DNA from: a virus
Lineage: Duplodnaviria; Heunggongvirae; Uroviricota; Caudoviricetes
Virus record (IMG/VR): IMGVR_UViG_3300021387_000074
DNA length: 64,000 bases
Direction: 5' to 3' (one strand)
Within the stretch, counting starts at the first letter, position 1. Every line of letters begins with the position of its first letter. Shown here piece by piece: positions 33,701-42,177 of the stretch. The translations under genes and the position numbers were made by a program. The notes beneath the pieces are model-generated. The model ran no database searches, was not told the origin of the DNA, and saw only the letters and a list, made by a program, of their open reading frames with translations.

Positions 33701-35693
33701 TTTGCTAAACAATTTATCTGATGGCGGAGTTAAAGCAAATATTAGTAATTTCTATAGATTCTATACAGACATAAATTATGATAAAACTGTAAAAGATCCT
33801 ATTAATTATCAAGAAGATTTAAAAGAAGCTGGAATAGAGTTCTATGACAAATCAGACATTAATAATAATCTTTACAGATTTGGTGAACAGTCATTATTGA
33901 ATGGTGAAAATCCTATACCAGCGGCAAAACCTGCAGGTGTTTATGATTTCTTACAGATAGGAAATGGCAATAAATACGCTTGGATGGTAGACAAAAATGG
34001 TTATGACGACTATCAAACAAAATATGGACACATTGACTCAGCCGCTTCTTTCGTTATAGCTGGAGATATAATTGCAGAAATAAAAAAATTATCTGGAAAA
34101 ATTACAGAGTTGGTAGAAACTGACAAATCTCCAACACAGGTAACAATAAAAGGGCAAACAGTTGAAGAGTATGTAGATAGTGAAATATCTATAGTTGAAT
34201 CTAAACTCAGCGCTAGAAAACAAATGCTAGAAGAAGTTTTGGACAAAACGAGAGAAATAACTCTTTATGGTAAGTCTGTAGAAGATGCTATAAATTCTGT
34301 TGGTGAAAAAGATAAAAAATTTGTAGAGCTCGCAAACAACTTTATTTCCTCAAATGAACCTACAGAAGAAAACGTAAAAAATTTATACAATCTTTGCGGA
34401 CATCTACAAAATAACAAAAACAAATTGTCTAAAATAATTACTGAAAGTCCAGAAGTAAACCCAGATGATTGTACTGCGGGAACTTATTCTTTGTTTGGAG
34501 ATAATTCAATAATGAAGCTTATAGAAGGTAAAAACTTCAGTGGTTTTATTAATGAAACAAACAGATACGATATAACTTCAACAGAAGCTATTATAGAGAG
34601 TTCTGGTTTTAAAGATAAAGAAGTAAAAAGGTTAAACACATATCTCGAAAAGTTTGATACAAGAAAATCTTTTATCAAAGCAGAAAAGAGATGTATATTT
34701 AAAAACATTCTTACTTTGATTGGTGTATTTAGCGACTCTAAAATAAAAGGTATAAAAGCTTCTAAGCAATCAATAATAAAAGAGAAAGGTATAGTTAGCG
34801 GCGGAGACGTTTTCTCAGAACTTACCAAAGAAGATTTAATCATTTGGGCAGATAGTGGAGAGGTAATAGAAAACCCACTGACATTTAGTACATTCTCAAC
34901 AAAGTATTCTGTTATAAGTTTAAAGAAGATATTAGAAGCAATCGTTGAAGGATATAACACTTGTAGAAATTTATTGTTAGAGCTTGTAGACGAAAACAAA
35001 GATTTAGTTGGTGGTATCCCAACTGACGGAATTGAAGCAATAGATATCAAAGGTGAGCTTAAGAAAGCATTACTGTCTTTCAGCAACGAAGTAACTGGAC
35101 ACGGCACAACAGTAAATTCAGACGGAACTCACCAAGACGCCGACGAATCTAAAGCAGCTTCTACCGCAAACGAAGATAAAAGCATAGAACCACAGATAAA
35201 AGATCTTTTTGAAACAATAAAAGAAAAGATTGTTACTGGCTTTACAAAAATGGAAAAGTTGGTATTTATATGTGAAAATATCTTCAGTAGAAACTCGATA
35301 GAGCAAAGAATGAACGAGCTTTATAATGAAGAGAATGACAAGAAAAACGGAAACGTTAAAAAGGAAAACATAAGCGGTGGCGCAACTAACGCAAGTGGCG
35401 CAAAATACTTTAGCTATGGTATAGATAATGAAGCCGAAAGAGGAGCAAAAAAAGACAATGGAACATCGGCATACCTACCTTGTTATAAAACAAACAAAGG
35501 AACAAGCTTGTTAAAAGAAGTAGAGTTTAACGGTAGAGACGAAGAATTCGCAAAAGAGGGCTTAAGTAAAGATGGACACGGAACCATTTATTGTGCTTAT
35601 GTAGACCAACAGCAAAGTAGAACACTTGCAGCCAAGCTTGATACAGCTAACGGAACATTTGCTTACGAAACTTACAACAAGTTATCTGGCTAG
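30777..35693 (+). CDS. Large tail protein with central tube-initiator (gp48/gp54/GpU-like) domain
   Basis: IPFEFTPNIQES..ANYQQETLLGR..QIFTGT..PPLVEI motif pattern; lies between tape measure and gp53-like genes. Confidence 0.55.
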   Translation: MKIKPASSIIDNKTNDVLEMEAGSTDIPRYAQVNNTLKPSVINGKKVTYYKSLENSDTTFEEQAEKVSNKTAYTKVTNSISSQAGLDVKENKVYNGDETEYVNRLKNKRNFVNSGKRDDKDENLEINKTLGLKDDASITAYVDSKTQKLGEGYSSDIKSRLVGISKKPNETLIVKQTDESIEDAPEQKDSLEWNIKSQNSDFAKDETKFSLGGKELETFSTEYINTTEDVFNTSKRFKPITSKIDGGGLVNSDYYGSQDNEPSSDLWTNTKTALAKSTLGLGVSKDLINKVADPIMGFFGIEGNEEVNALSLSMTSLEHWKGERAKTFHTKDWKPKNTLNTDANAAGSMASDLRGELGRTTGGLGGIAAKSGNSWLTAGGQLVDMTVGAGLTNTITDITGSFAKGVGDGEWQPEADELANLNTVTKDTIYTSKPGIRFKAKNGMVQNVTSNQDSVAIFGKSGYTKNGDSLRNTYGTSLDLLRGNQLNATRTSKIRRMILNEDNEFKKKRMVYNLKEEINSGGSLYNYQEDSNGFFYWEKSDDLYTNFNLSSEEAQLITLIKNRNTYNKTLGYIYIRPYYNYVDDKTKQDPGNGLGLFDIPFEFTPNIQESATQANYQQETLLGRLGQFQIFTGTNLPTVSIELQYMALAPDSLDEHERQGMNKEWGTDAWQYYWTNNRIEAIEMKLRSLVFADYVSGDYLIKPPLVEIHLENARGQNAETVGDLYKYPIGSNDPSTVGERYLQYSTSIHGSARNRYKKYIVTSVQIDKISDSDIIYPSLYGRVYDSSVSSSNPMWHVKNAVNGEESVEESGIYGYSGYARKKGFKATLSLTEVTENFLDLVPDFKAYYDAWTLKDSAADIVSQYAEATIGNNSMTQSVQSALQDALSIAKNTLISSEERLDAMFEEYEKLAKLYAKSFTTKTKGGNAYWKIGMFNDRDGGDVEKNKFNFISTGNPDVNINNKNKSEEEVELTMNALLNNLSDGGVKANISNFYRFYTDINYDKTVKDPINYQEDLKEAGIEFYDKSDINNNLYRFGEQSLLNGENPIPAAKPAGVYDFLQIGNGNKYAWMVDKNGYDDYQTKYGHIDSAASFVIAGDIIAEIKKLSGKITELVETDKSPTQVTIKGQTVEEYVDSEISIVESKLSARKQMLEEVLDKTREITLYGKSVEDAINSVGEKDKKFVELANNFISSNEPTEENVKNLYNLCGHLQNNKNKLSKIITESPEVNPDDCTAGTYSLFGDNSIMKLIEGKNFSGFINETNRYDITSTEAIIESSGFKDKEVKRLNTYLEKFDTRKSFIKAEKRCIFKNILTLIGVFSDSKIKGIKASKQSIIKEKGIVSGGDVFSELTKEDLIIWADSGEVIENPLTFSTFSTKYSVISLKKILEAIVEGYNTCRNLLLELVDENKDLVGGIPTDGIEAIDIKGELKKALLSFSNEVTGHGTTVNSDGTHQDADESKAASTANEDKSIEPQIKDLFETIKEKIVTGFTKMEKLVFICENIFSRNSIEQRMNELYNEENDKKNGNVKKENISGGATNASGAKYFSYGIDNEAERGAKKDNGTSAYLPCYKTNKGTSLLKEVEFNGRDEEFAKEGLSKDGHGTIYCAYVDQQQSRTLAAKLDTANGTFAYETYNKLSG

Positions 35694-35701
35694 GAGGAAA
35701 G

Positions 35702-35995
35702 ATGTTAAAGAATACATTTGTAGATAATATTTACTGCAATGAGCTTGATACAGATATTAAAGGTTTTCTAAGGGCAGACCAGCTAAAAATACTGAGAGAA
35801 CATAGCACAGTTGGGTATGTTCTTCAAGGTATGGAATTCAGACCAGATAAAGTAGCAGCTTACTACTTGGGTGATGAAAGACTTGGCTGGGCTATATCTG
35901 CAGCCAGTGGATTTATCAACGGAATTAAAGATTACAGAGAAGGAAGAAAGATATCAATACCAACTAATGAAGCGTTTATATTATTAGGAGAATAA
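35702..35995 (+). CDS. Baseplate wedge LysM-like protein (gp53/GpX-like)
   Basis: EFRPDKVAAYYLGDERLGWAI...GRKISIP; SD AGGAGG. Confidence 0.75.
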   Translation: MLKNTFVDNIYCNELDTDIKGFLRADQLKILREHSTVGYVLQGMEFRPDKVAAYYLGDERLGWAISAASGFINGIKDYREGRKISIPTNEAFILLGE

Positions 35996-35997
35996 AG

Positions 35998-37212
35998 ATG
36001 GAAAGAAGCGGAGCAGTTTTTGAATGTGTTGTTGTAGACAACACTTGCTTTTGGAAAACTGGAAGAATAAAAATAAGAATTTGTAAGTCAACTTCCGTGT
36101 CAGAAGGCGCGGAAGATTTCTCTATAAACCCACAATACTCAAGAAACTATAACAAAGAGAATTTTGGTGGGAATGAAGACGAGAACTTAGAAGGTGACGG
36201 AGTTATTGACCACGACGACTATGCAGAGTTGTCTACTTGTATGGGCGGCGCTTATGACGCGGGAATGTTTTACTTACCTCAGCCAAACACTCACGGATTA
36301 GTAACAAATATTTACTGCGCAGGAATGAACAAACCAAGATATGTATGGTTAGGCGCCTTAATGACAACAAACCCAGCATACAATGTTGTATTAAATCCAG
36401 TAGATGAAGCGGATTACATATCAGATATAAATATGCCTTCTGACAACCTAGATACGCATAACGGTTTAAATTCTTCTCAATTAAATCTAGAGAAGCCAGA
36501 AAATAGAAATCATGCAATAATCTTTAAGCAGAAAGAAACTTATTGGTCTAAAGACGACAAAGGAATGGCTTCGGATAGAATACAAAATAATGACGATTCC
36601 AAGGAAAGTCTTAACTGGGGAAAAGTTCCAACCCTTAATATGGCTGTTATAGATAAGAGCAGAACATTTATAACCCACAATATGTACGACAAGGACAACA
36701 ACTATTTAGGTGTTGCAAAAATAGACATAGATAACGAAAATGGAGTATCTATAAACTTCAATAAGACACAAGACGATGAATACTTTGAAGCAAGTATGGA
36801 AATTCTTACAAACGGTACGGCTAAACTTACAAGTAATTATAATAATAAAATAATGAATAAGTTTGAAGCCACACCTGAAGACTTAACAATTCTCCATAAG
36901 GAAGACGACGCAGAAGGTAGCATAGTTCTCACAAAAGGATTAAACCCAGATGACGGACATATATTAACATTGTCATTAAAGAATGCGGGCGATAAAACAG
37001 AAACTATAGAATTAAAGAAAGGAATGATAAATATTATTTCTTCTAAGGATATAACATTAAACCCAGGCCCTGGTAGTGGTAATATTATAATTGGTGGTGG
37101 TTCTGGAACTAACTATTTATTGGCTTATCCAAGTAATGGTATTGGTGGTTCTGGAGCTATCTCGAACTTCGAAGCGGGTTCGGTAGTAGCTTGTACAAAG
37201 ATTAGGGTATAA
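35998..37212 (+). CDS. Baseplate central spike protein (gp5/GpV-like OB-fold)
   Basis: VVVDN...GRIKIRI...GMFYLPQ...WLGAL N-terminal pattern, beta-rich C-terminus. Confidence 0.7.
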   Translation: MERSGAVFECVVVDNTCFWKTGRIKIRICKSTSVSEGAEDFSINPQYSRNYNKENFGGNEDENLEGDGVIDHDDYAELSTCMGGAYDAGMFYLPQPNTHGLVTNIYCAGMNKPRYVWLGALMTTNPAYNVVLNPVDEADYISDINMPSDNLDTHNGLNSSQLNLEKPENRNHAIIFKQKETYWSKDDKGMASDRIQNNDDSKESLNWGKVPTLNMAVIDKSRTFITHNMYDKDNNYLGVAKIDIDNENGVSINFNKTQDDEYFEASMEILTNGTAKLTSNYNNKIMNKFEATPEDLTILHKEDDAEGSIVLTKGLNPDDGHILTLSLKNAGDKTETIELKKGMINIISSKDITLNPGPGSGNIIIGGGSGTNYLLAYPSNGIGGSGAISNFEAGSVVACTKIRV

Positions 37213-37216
37213 AATT

Positions 37217-37243
37217 AAAGCCGTGGAAAACCACGGCTTTTTT
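37217..37243. terminator. Terminator between convergent genes
   Basis: AAAGCCGTGG-AAAA-CCACGGCTTTTTT. Confidence 0.88.
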
Positions 37244-37244
37244 A

Positions 37245-37883
37245 TTAGAACGACTCTTCAATAATTGATTTTAGCGTTCTTGATTTTGAGTTAACGTCTT
37301 CACTCAACATTTCCGATTCGTATACTGTATCTGAGACTGCTGCTTGGCAAGATGGTGAACCTACAACGTCAATAGAAATAATTTTAAGTCCTGGACAAAC
37401 TTCAACAATAGGTCTACCTTTAGATCTTGCTCTAACATCTTCTGTAAGAAGTGGACCATTGTAAGGTTTTACTTTACCAGAACATCTAGTAGAGAAGCAA
37501 ATTTTGAAACCAGATTTTGCAAGTCCTTCAACTGTCTTACCAGCTTCTGTAAGAGTAGGAATTGCTTTTCCTTCAAGTCTTCCAGCTTCTTCATTCCAGT
37601 TAAGTTCTGGGAATGTAACAGCAATTCTTTCAAGGTGAACCTTTGGATCGCTAGCATGTTCAAGCTCTCCAAATACTGGCTGTCCAGAAGTTTTAGCAGC
37701 TTCAATAGCAGCAAGACAAGCCTCTCTAAGAACTTGCTTTGGATAAACTCTAAGGTTTCTATTTATTTTGTCTGCTTCAGAAAGGACTCCTCTAAAGCAA
37801 ATTTGCTTTTTACCATCTCTTATTTCTTCTTCGGCTAATATACTAAACTCATCGGTAAACTCTTCATTAATTAAGTCTTCCAT
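37245..37883 (-). CDS. Prohead core protease (T4 gp21-like)
   Basis: NRNLRVYP, GELEH, FSTRCSG, IDVVGSPS catalytic motifs. Confidence 0.92.
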   Translation of the reverse strand: MEDLINEEFTDEFSILAEEEIRDGKKQICFRGVLSEADKINRNLRVYPKQVLREACLAAIEAAKTSGQPVFGELEHASDPKVHLERIAVTFPELNWNEEAGRLEGKAIPTLTEAGKTVEGLAKSGFKICFSTRCSGKVKPYNGPLLTEDVRARSKGRPIVEVCPGLKIISIDVVGSPSCQAAVSDTVYESEMLSEDVNSKSRTLKSIIEESF

Positions 37884-37897
37884 TTTATACCTCTTTA

Positions 37898-37976
37898 ATT
37901 AACTTAGTGCACAACTTCCAAAAATTGACTATGTTTTTTAAAAGGACCTTCTTCGATTAAAAAGTCATAAGTTAAT
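37898..37976. promoter_or_regulatory. Divergent pair of late motifs (37898-37905 minus, 37969-37976 plus)
   Basis: Exact AAGTTAAT on each strand, each pointing at its adjacent gene. Confidence 0.7.
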
Positions 37977-37996
37977 ATGTAAATGGAGAATATATA

Positions 37997-38488
37997 ATGG
38001 CAACATTACAAGACATTTTCAATACAGTTAGATATGGAGAAGAATACTGCAAATTCCAGCAGGTTAAAAAAGCAATAGAAGAGAACTACGATGAAGATAC
38101 TAAAATTTTTAGTGCTTCTGGAAGAATCAAAAACTTGTGTGGTTGTATGACTTTGAATGAAGAATATGAAAGAATCGTTAATCATATCTGCAACAAATGT
38201 GAGTCAGTAGAAAAACGTCTTTATAACGAAGACGTTATGAGCCCACAGTATAAAAAGATTCAGGCTGTATCTATTCTTGAAGACTGTAACAAAATCACAG
38301 CAAAAGCAAACAAGAGAGGAACTTACGAAACACTTCCTTCTAAGAAAGAGTTTGCTAAAATTGTAGCAACTGCAAAATACTTTGTAGAAAACTACCTTGA
38401 CGATAGCGCAGTTCTTAAAGAAAGCAGCAATGCAGAATTCAACAGATTTATCAAAGAGGAAAGCAACTACATTTCACAGGTACTATAA
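37997..38488 (+). CDS. Hypothetical protein, possible head core component
   Basis: 163 aa, several hydrophobic-X-E sites (LNE, LKE, IKE); SD GGAG. Confidence 0.6.
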   Translation: MATLQDIFNTVRYGEEYCKFQQVKKAIEENYDEDTKIFSASGRIKNLCGCMTLNEEYERIVNHICNKCESVEKRLYNEDVMSPQYKKIQAVSILEDCNKITAKANKRGTYETLPSKKEFAKIVATAKYFVENYLDDSAVLKESSNAEFNRFIKEESNYISQVL

Positions 38489-39213
38489 TGGATAAGGTAA
38501 TCCTAGAAAGCAAGGAAACTGAAAAATTTATAATTGATAATGCATATAAGCACTTCTCTAAAGAAAAGAAAAACCCTCTTACTATTAAAGAAAACACAGA
38601 AGTAATAGAAGAGGGTATTAAGTATTTTAAAACTTCACCACGTCTATACAAACTAGCATTAAAACTCGAAAAGAAATCACAAAAATTTAATGAAGAAACT
38701 AAAGAGTTTAAAACAATGAATGAATTAGTTATGAAGATTAATGCCCTTGCTAACAATCTTGAACTCCTAGAGGATAAATACTATTTAGGAGATAAAAAGC
38801 AGAAACTAATGGTGAAAGCAGAATATCAGGCTACATTAAAGCAGTACAGTTCAATAATCAAAATGATGAAAAAGAGCGAAGTTGTAGACGTCCTTAAAGT
38901 AACTGGCAGCTTGGCTTGCACAGTAGCTTCAATGGCTTTACCTTATATAGCAATGAGCAAGTTCTTACCTAACCTAATGAGTGTAAACGCTATAGGAGAG
39001 GAAGCAGATACTATGAAAAAGGCTTGGCTTTACTGTAAGAGAGCAGGAGCTTTTACCTTATTTGGTTTACCTATTAAAATTACGAGAGCAGGTATAAATG
39101 CCTTAACAGGCGACGCCGAAACAAAGATACTAGCAAGAACGGATAGTCTACTAAAGACTTCTAATATAGACACAAAAGGATATGACGAAGACGAGCTTCA
39201 TCAATTAAGTTAA
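38488..39213 (+). CDS. Hypothetical protein, possible head protein
   Basis: 241 aa; VILE and VIEEG sites; hydrophobic C-terminal helices. Confidence 0.6.
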   Translation: MDKVILESKETEKFIIDNAYKHFSKEKKNPLTIKENTEVIEEGIKYFKTSPRLYKLALKLEKKSQKFNEETKEFKTMNELVMKINALANNLELLEDKYYLGDKKQKLMVKAEYQATLKQYSSIIKMMKKSEVVDVLKVTGSLACTVASMALPYIAMSKFLPNLMSVNAIGEEADTMKKAWLYCKRAGAFTLFGLPIKITRAGINALTGDAETKILARTDSLLKTSNIDTKGYDEDELHQLS

Positions 39214-39216
39214 AAT

Positions 39217-40110
39217 ATGAAAGGAGAAAGAAAGATGACAGAACAAGAAGAATTCGAAAAAGAAGCAAAGAAAATGCCAAAGATCGACATGACTAAAATA
39301 GCAAACGTTGAGGCTTTGGATTCAGGTACAAGAAAAGCAATCACAGCAGCAGCAGAATCTTCTAGAAGAAAAAATAAGAAAAAGTTCAACTTCCAGGAAG
39401 CAATGGCATTCCCACTACCATCTGGTGGAAAGTTCTACCAGGATGCAGAAGACGAGGATTTGAGAAACGGTATTATTAAACTATATCCATTCTCTATTGC
39501 AGACGAGGAAATCATTACAAACAAAACATATTTAAAGAATGGCACAATGTTTAGAGTATTGTTTGATACTTGTATGGCTTCAAACTATGATGCAAAAAAG
39601 CTCTTGCAGTTTGACGCTCTTTATATTATGTACGTTCTTAGACAAATCTCTTACGGCGACGACTATAACTTTAGTGTTAAGTGCGAGCAGTGTGAAGAGG
39701 AGTTCGACTGGTCTATGAATATTTCAGATATTGAATGGGCAGAGCTTCCAGAAGACACAGTAGACGAAAGAGAGATTGAACTTCCAGTAAGCCACTATAC
39801 AGTTACTATGTCCCTTATGAGATTAGGGCTGGAAGAGCAGCAGGAAGTTATCAAGAAGAAATACCAGTGTTCTGAAAAAGTAGCAATTCTTATCTCTAAC
39901 ACTACTTCTATCAAGGACGAGAATGGAGAGGAACTTAATCCAGCAGACTGGGCTGACTTCTATGCAGAACTTCCTACAAAGGATAGAAACGTAATCAATA
40001 AGTCTTTTGAAGGAACTAAACAGGAGCCAAAGATTACTATTAATTGTCCTAACTGCGGTTCTGAAATCACATTCAACGTTCCTATCTCTGAAGACTTTTT
40101 TCGTATATAA
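39217..40110 (+). CDS. T4 gp26-like hub/tail assembly chaperone
   Basis: LPSGGKFY, LRQISYG, two CXXC, terminal DFF; true start may be 39235 after SD AAGGAG. Confidence 0.8.
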   Translation: MKGERKMTEQEEFEKEAKKMPKIDMTKIANVEALDSGTRKAITAAAESSRRKNKKKFNFQEAMAFPLPSGGKFYQDAEDEDLRNGIIKLYPFSIADEEIITNKTYLKNGTMFRVLFDTCMASNYDAKKLLQFDALYIMYVLRQISYGDDYNFSVKCEQCEEEFDWSMNISDIEWAELPEDTVDEREIELPVSHYTVTMSLMRLGLEEQQEVIKKKYQCSEKVAILISNTTSIKDENGEELNPADWADFYAELPTKDRNVINKSFEGTKQEPKITINCPNCGSEITFNVPISEDFFRI

Positions 40111-40339
40111 AAATCCCCCACTAGAAGTCATAAGACACAATACTATGTCATTAGTACATTATGGCTTCTCTAGAGAGGAAGTAATGTGGATGCCAGTAAC
40201 GGAAGCGCAAGACTACATACTTCTTATTAACCAGCAGATAGAACGGGAGAATGGAGAGATAGAGTCCCCAGAACACCAGCAAACAGATACACCAACTGTT
40301 AATGATGTATTCAAGGGAAGCTTTAAACCACATATTTAA
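40097..40339 (+). CDS. gp51-like extension, probably reached by +1 frameshift
   Basis: SLVHYGFSREEVMWMPVTEAQDYILLINQQIERE in the +1 frame; no SD-led start; T6C run at the junction. Confidence 0.6.
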   Translation, partial: FFVYKNPPLEVIRHNTMSLVHYGFSREEVMWMPVTEAQDYILLINQQIERENGEIESPEHQQTDTPTVNDVFKGSFKPHI

Positions 40340-40345
40340 AACAGC

Positions 40346-40373
40346 AGCGGGTTCGGAATGGACCCGCTTTTTT
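40346..40373 (+). terminator. Intrinsic terminator
   Basis: AGCGGGTTC/GGACCCGCT stem with T run. Confidence 0.85.
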
Positions 40374-40377
40374 ATTA

Positions 40378-40385
40378 AAGTTAAT
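40378..40385 (+). promoter_or_regulatory. Putative late promoter AAGTTAAT (leaderless)
   Basis: AAGTTAAT-AAGT-ATG directly after a terminator. Confidence 0.7.
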
Positions 40386-40389
40386 AAGT

Positions 40390-42177
40390 ATGAGATGGGC
40401 TTTAAAAACAGAAACAAAAGATATAACAAGTGCAGAAGATTCTAGTCTTCAGTCTACACAAGTAAGACGTAAAACAATAACCACTAAAACTCAGTATATC
40501 ACAGTAGGAGATATCGTAGGAGCAGCTTCTTCTATGGCAGGAGCTGTAAAGAACGTTGTAAGAAAAATACCGAGCTATATAAATATATTTAAGAATAACG
40601 GCGATTTAGCATCAGCAAATCTTGCCCAAGTAGCACTTAATATAGCAACGCCTTTAGCAGGCATTATCCAAGGCGCAGAGATTTACAAAAAATTAATGAA
40701 TGTTGTAAATGTATTAACTCCTATTATGAAACTTATAGCAAGAGGAACAGGAGTTTGGTGTTCGCCAGGAAATGCAGCAGATATAGCAAACATTATCCTT
40801 GGTACAGTACAGCAAATCTTAGTAGCAGTAGTTACTCAAATCATTATAGCGCTTAAAGACTGGGTATGGAATTTCGAGTTTAAGCTTAGAGATATAACAA
40901 CAGAGAGTTCTATAGTTATCACTAAGAACCTTAAAGGAACAGCAACTAGAATAAACAAGAAAGTATATACTTCATTAAATTACTCTACGCTTAATCAAGG
41001 ACTGGACGTACAATCCCTAGCAGGAGGTTCTGGAACAGGAGGTTTTACTTCTTCACAGACACAGTTAAGCCAATTAATAGACCAACTAAATGAGCAAGCA
41101 AAGGTATCTGCTTCACTTGCGGGGCAAGCAGAACAAATCAAGAAATTAATGGCTGCAGGACTTCATCCAGCATTTGGCGACTCTTGGATTACAGAATACC
41201 AGTTAGATAATGAACATCTTAGAGAGTTTAAAGGAAGCACTAATAACAATGGTATACAGTATTCCACTATTGAGAACGGCAAGGTAGTCTGGAAGCAAAG
41301 CGATAAAACAGATGGCTCATTCTGCTGCTTTGGTAAGATAGGAACAGGAGCTAATGTTATATATCTAGCAGGTTCAGCCCCTTGGATTTACAAGACTGAT
41401 TTAAAACTTAACGAAGATGAGGAATGGCATAAAGACTCTCATGCTATGTATGATAAGGATTATTATATATACGACAGCGTAAAAGATGCAGAGAGAAAAA
41501 ATGCTAACTTTCATAAGGCTAGCAAATACCTTAAGGATAGTATAGATATACAAACTCAAACAACCAAGAAAGCAGTTCGCTGTTATACAGTAGATAACCC
41601 AACAGAAAACCCTATAGGAATTTGGTATAGTATAGATAATGGAGAGCACTGGATGCAGTCTAATATAACAAGTGCTTATATTGGCTCATTCTTTGAGTAT
41701 ACCGAGAAACCAGGTTATCCAACTACCGCAGTAGCAGCAGATTATAACTACGGCGGATTACTGTATAGTACTGACGGCAATAACTGGACACCATCTAAGA
41801 CAGCAGGAAATGACTTAAACTATGGGCGCTTTATAGACCTTAAGGATTTAAAGAGTGAGAAATTTAGAACTAATTCAGTAGATATAACAGCAACCGCTAC
41901 TATAACAGCAAAGGTATATGTTCTCTCTCACGCTAAGGCAGCAGGAGGAGTAGAGGTATCAATTAACCCAGTAGATATTACTACTAATAATAGCGAAGTA
42001 CTTGATAGGATTAGAGAGATACTTGATTACATACACCATAATTATAATAACTACAATAATGACCCTTACTACCTAAGAAAGTTTGACGATGCTTTCTGGA
42101 GCCAACTTATTTCAGATATAAAGGCAAACACTTATAAAATGGAAAACGCCATTAGAGGAGATAGAATAATTGAATAA
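40390..42177 (+). CDS. Putative virion protein with hydrophobic helices and Asp-box (BNR)-like repeats
   Basis: WYSIDNGEHW, LYSTDGNNW; hydrophobic N-terminal helices. Confidence 0.6.
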   Translation: MRWALKTETKDITSAEDSSLQSTQVRRKTITTKTQYITVGDIVGAASSMAGAVKNVVRKIPSYINIFKNNGDLASANLAQVALNIATPLAGIIQGAEIYKKLMNVVNVLTPIMKLIARGTGVWCSPGNAADIANIILGTVQQILVAVVTQIIIALKDWVWNFEFKLRDITTESSIVITKNLKGTATRINKKVYTSLNYSTLNQGLDVQSLAGGSGTGGFTSSQTQLSQLIDQLNEQAKVSASLAGQAEQIKKLMAAGLHPAFGDSWITEYQLDNEHLREFKGSTNNNGIQYSTIENGKVVWKQSDKTDGSFCCFGKIGTGANVIYLAGSAPWIYKTDLKLNEDEEWHKDSHAMYDKDYYIYDSVKDAERKNANFHKASKYLKDSIDIQTQTTKKAVRCYTVDNPTENPIGIWYSIDNGEHWMQSNITSAYIGSFFEYTEKPGYPTTAVAADYNYGGLLYSTDGNNWTPSKTAGNDLNYGRFIDLKDLKSEKFRTNSVDITATATITAKVYVLSHAKAAGGVEVSINPVDITTNNSEVLDRIREILDYIHHNYNNYNNDPYYLRKFDDAFWSQLISDIKANTYKMENAIRGDRIIE

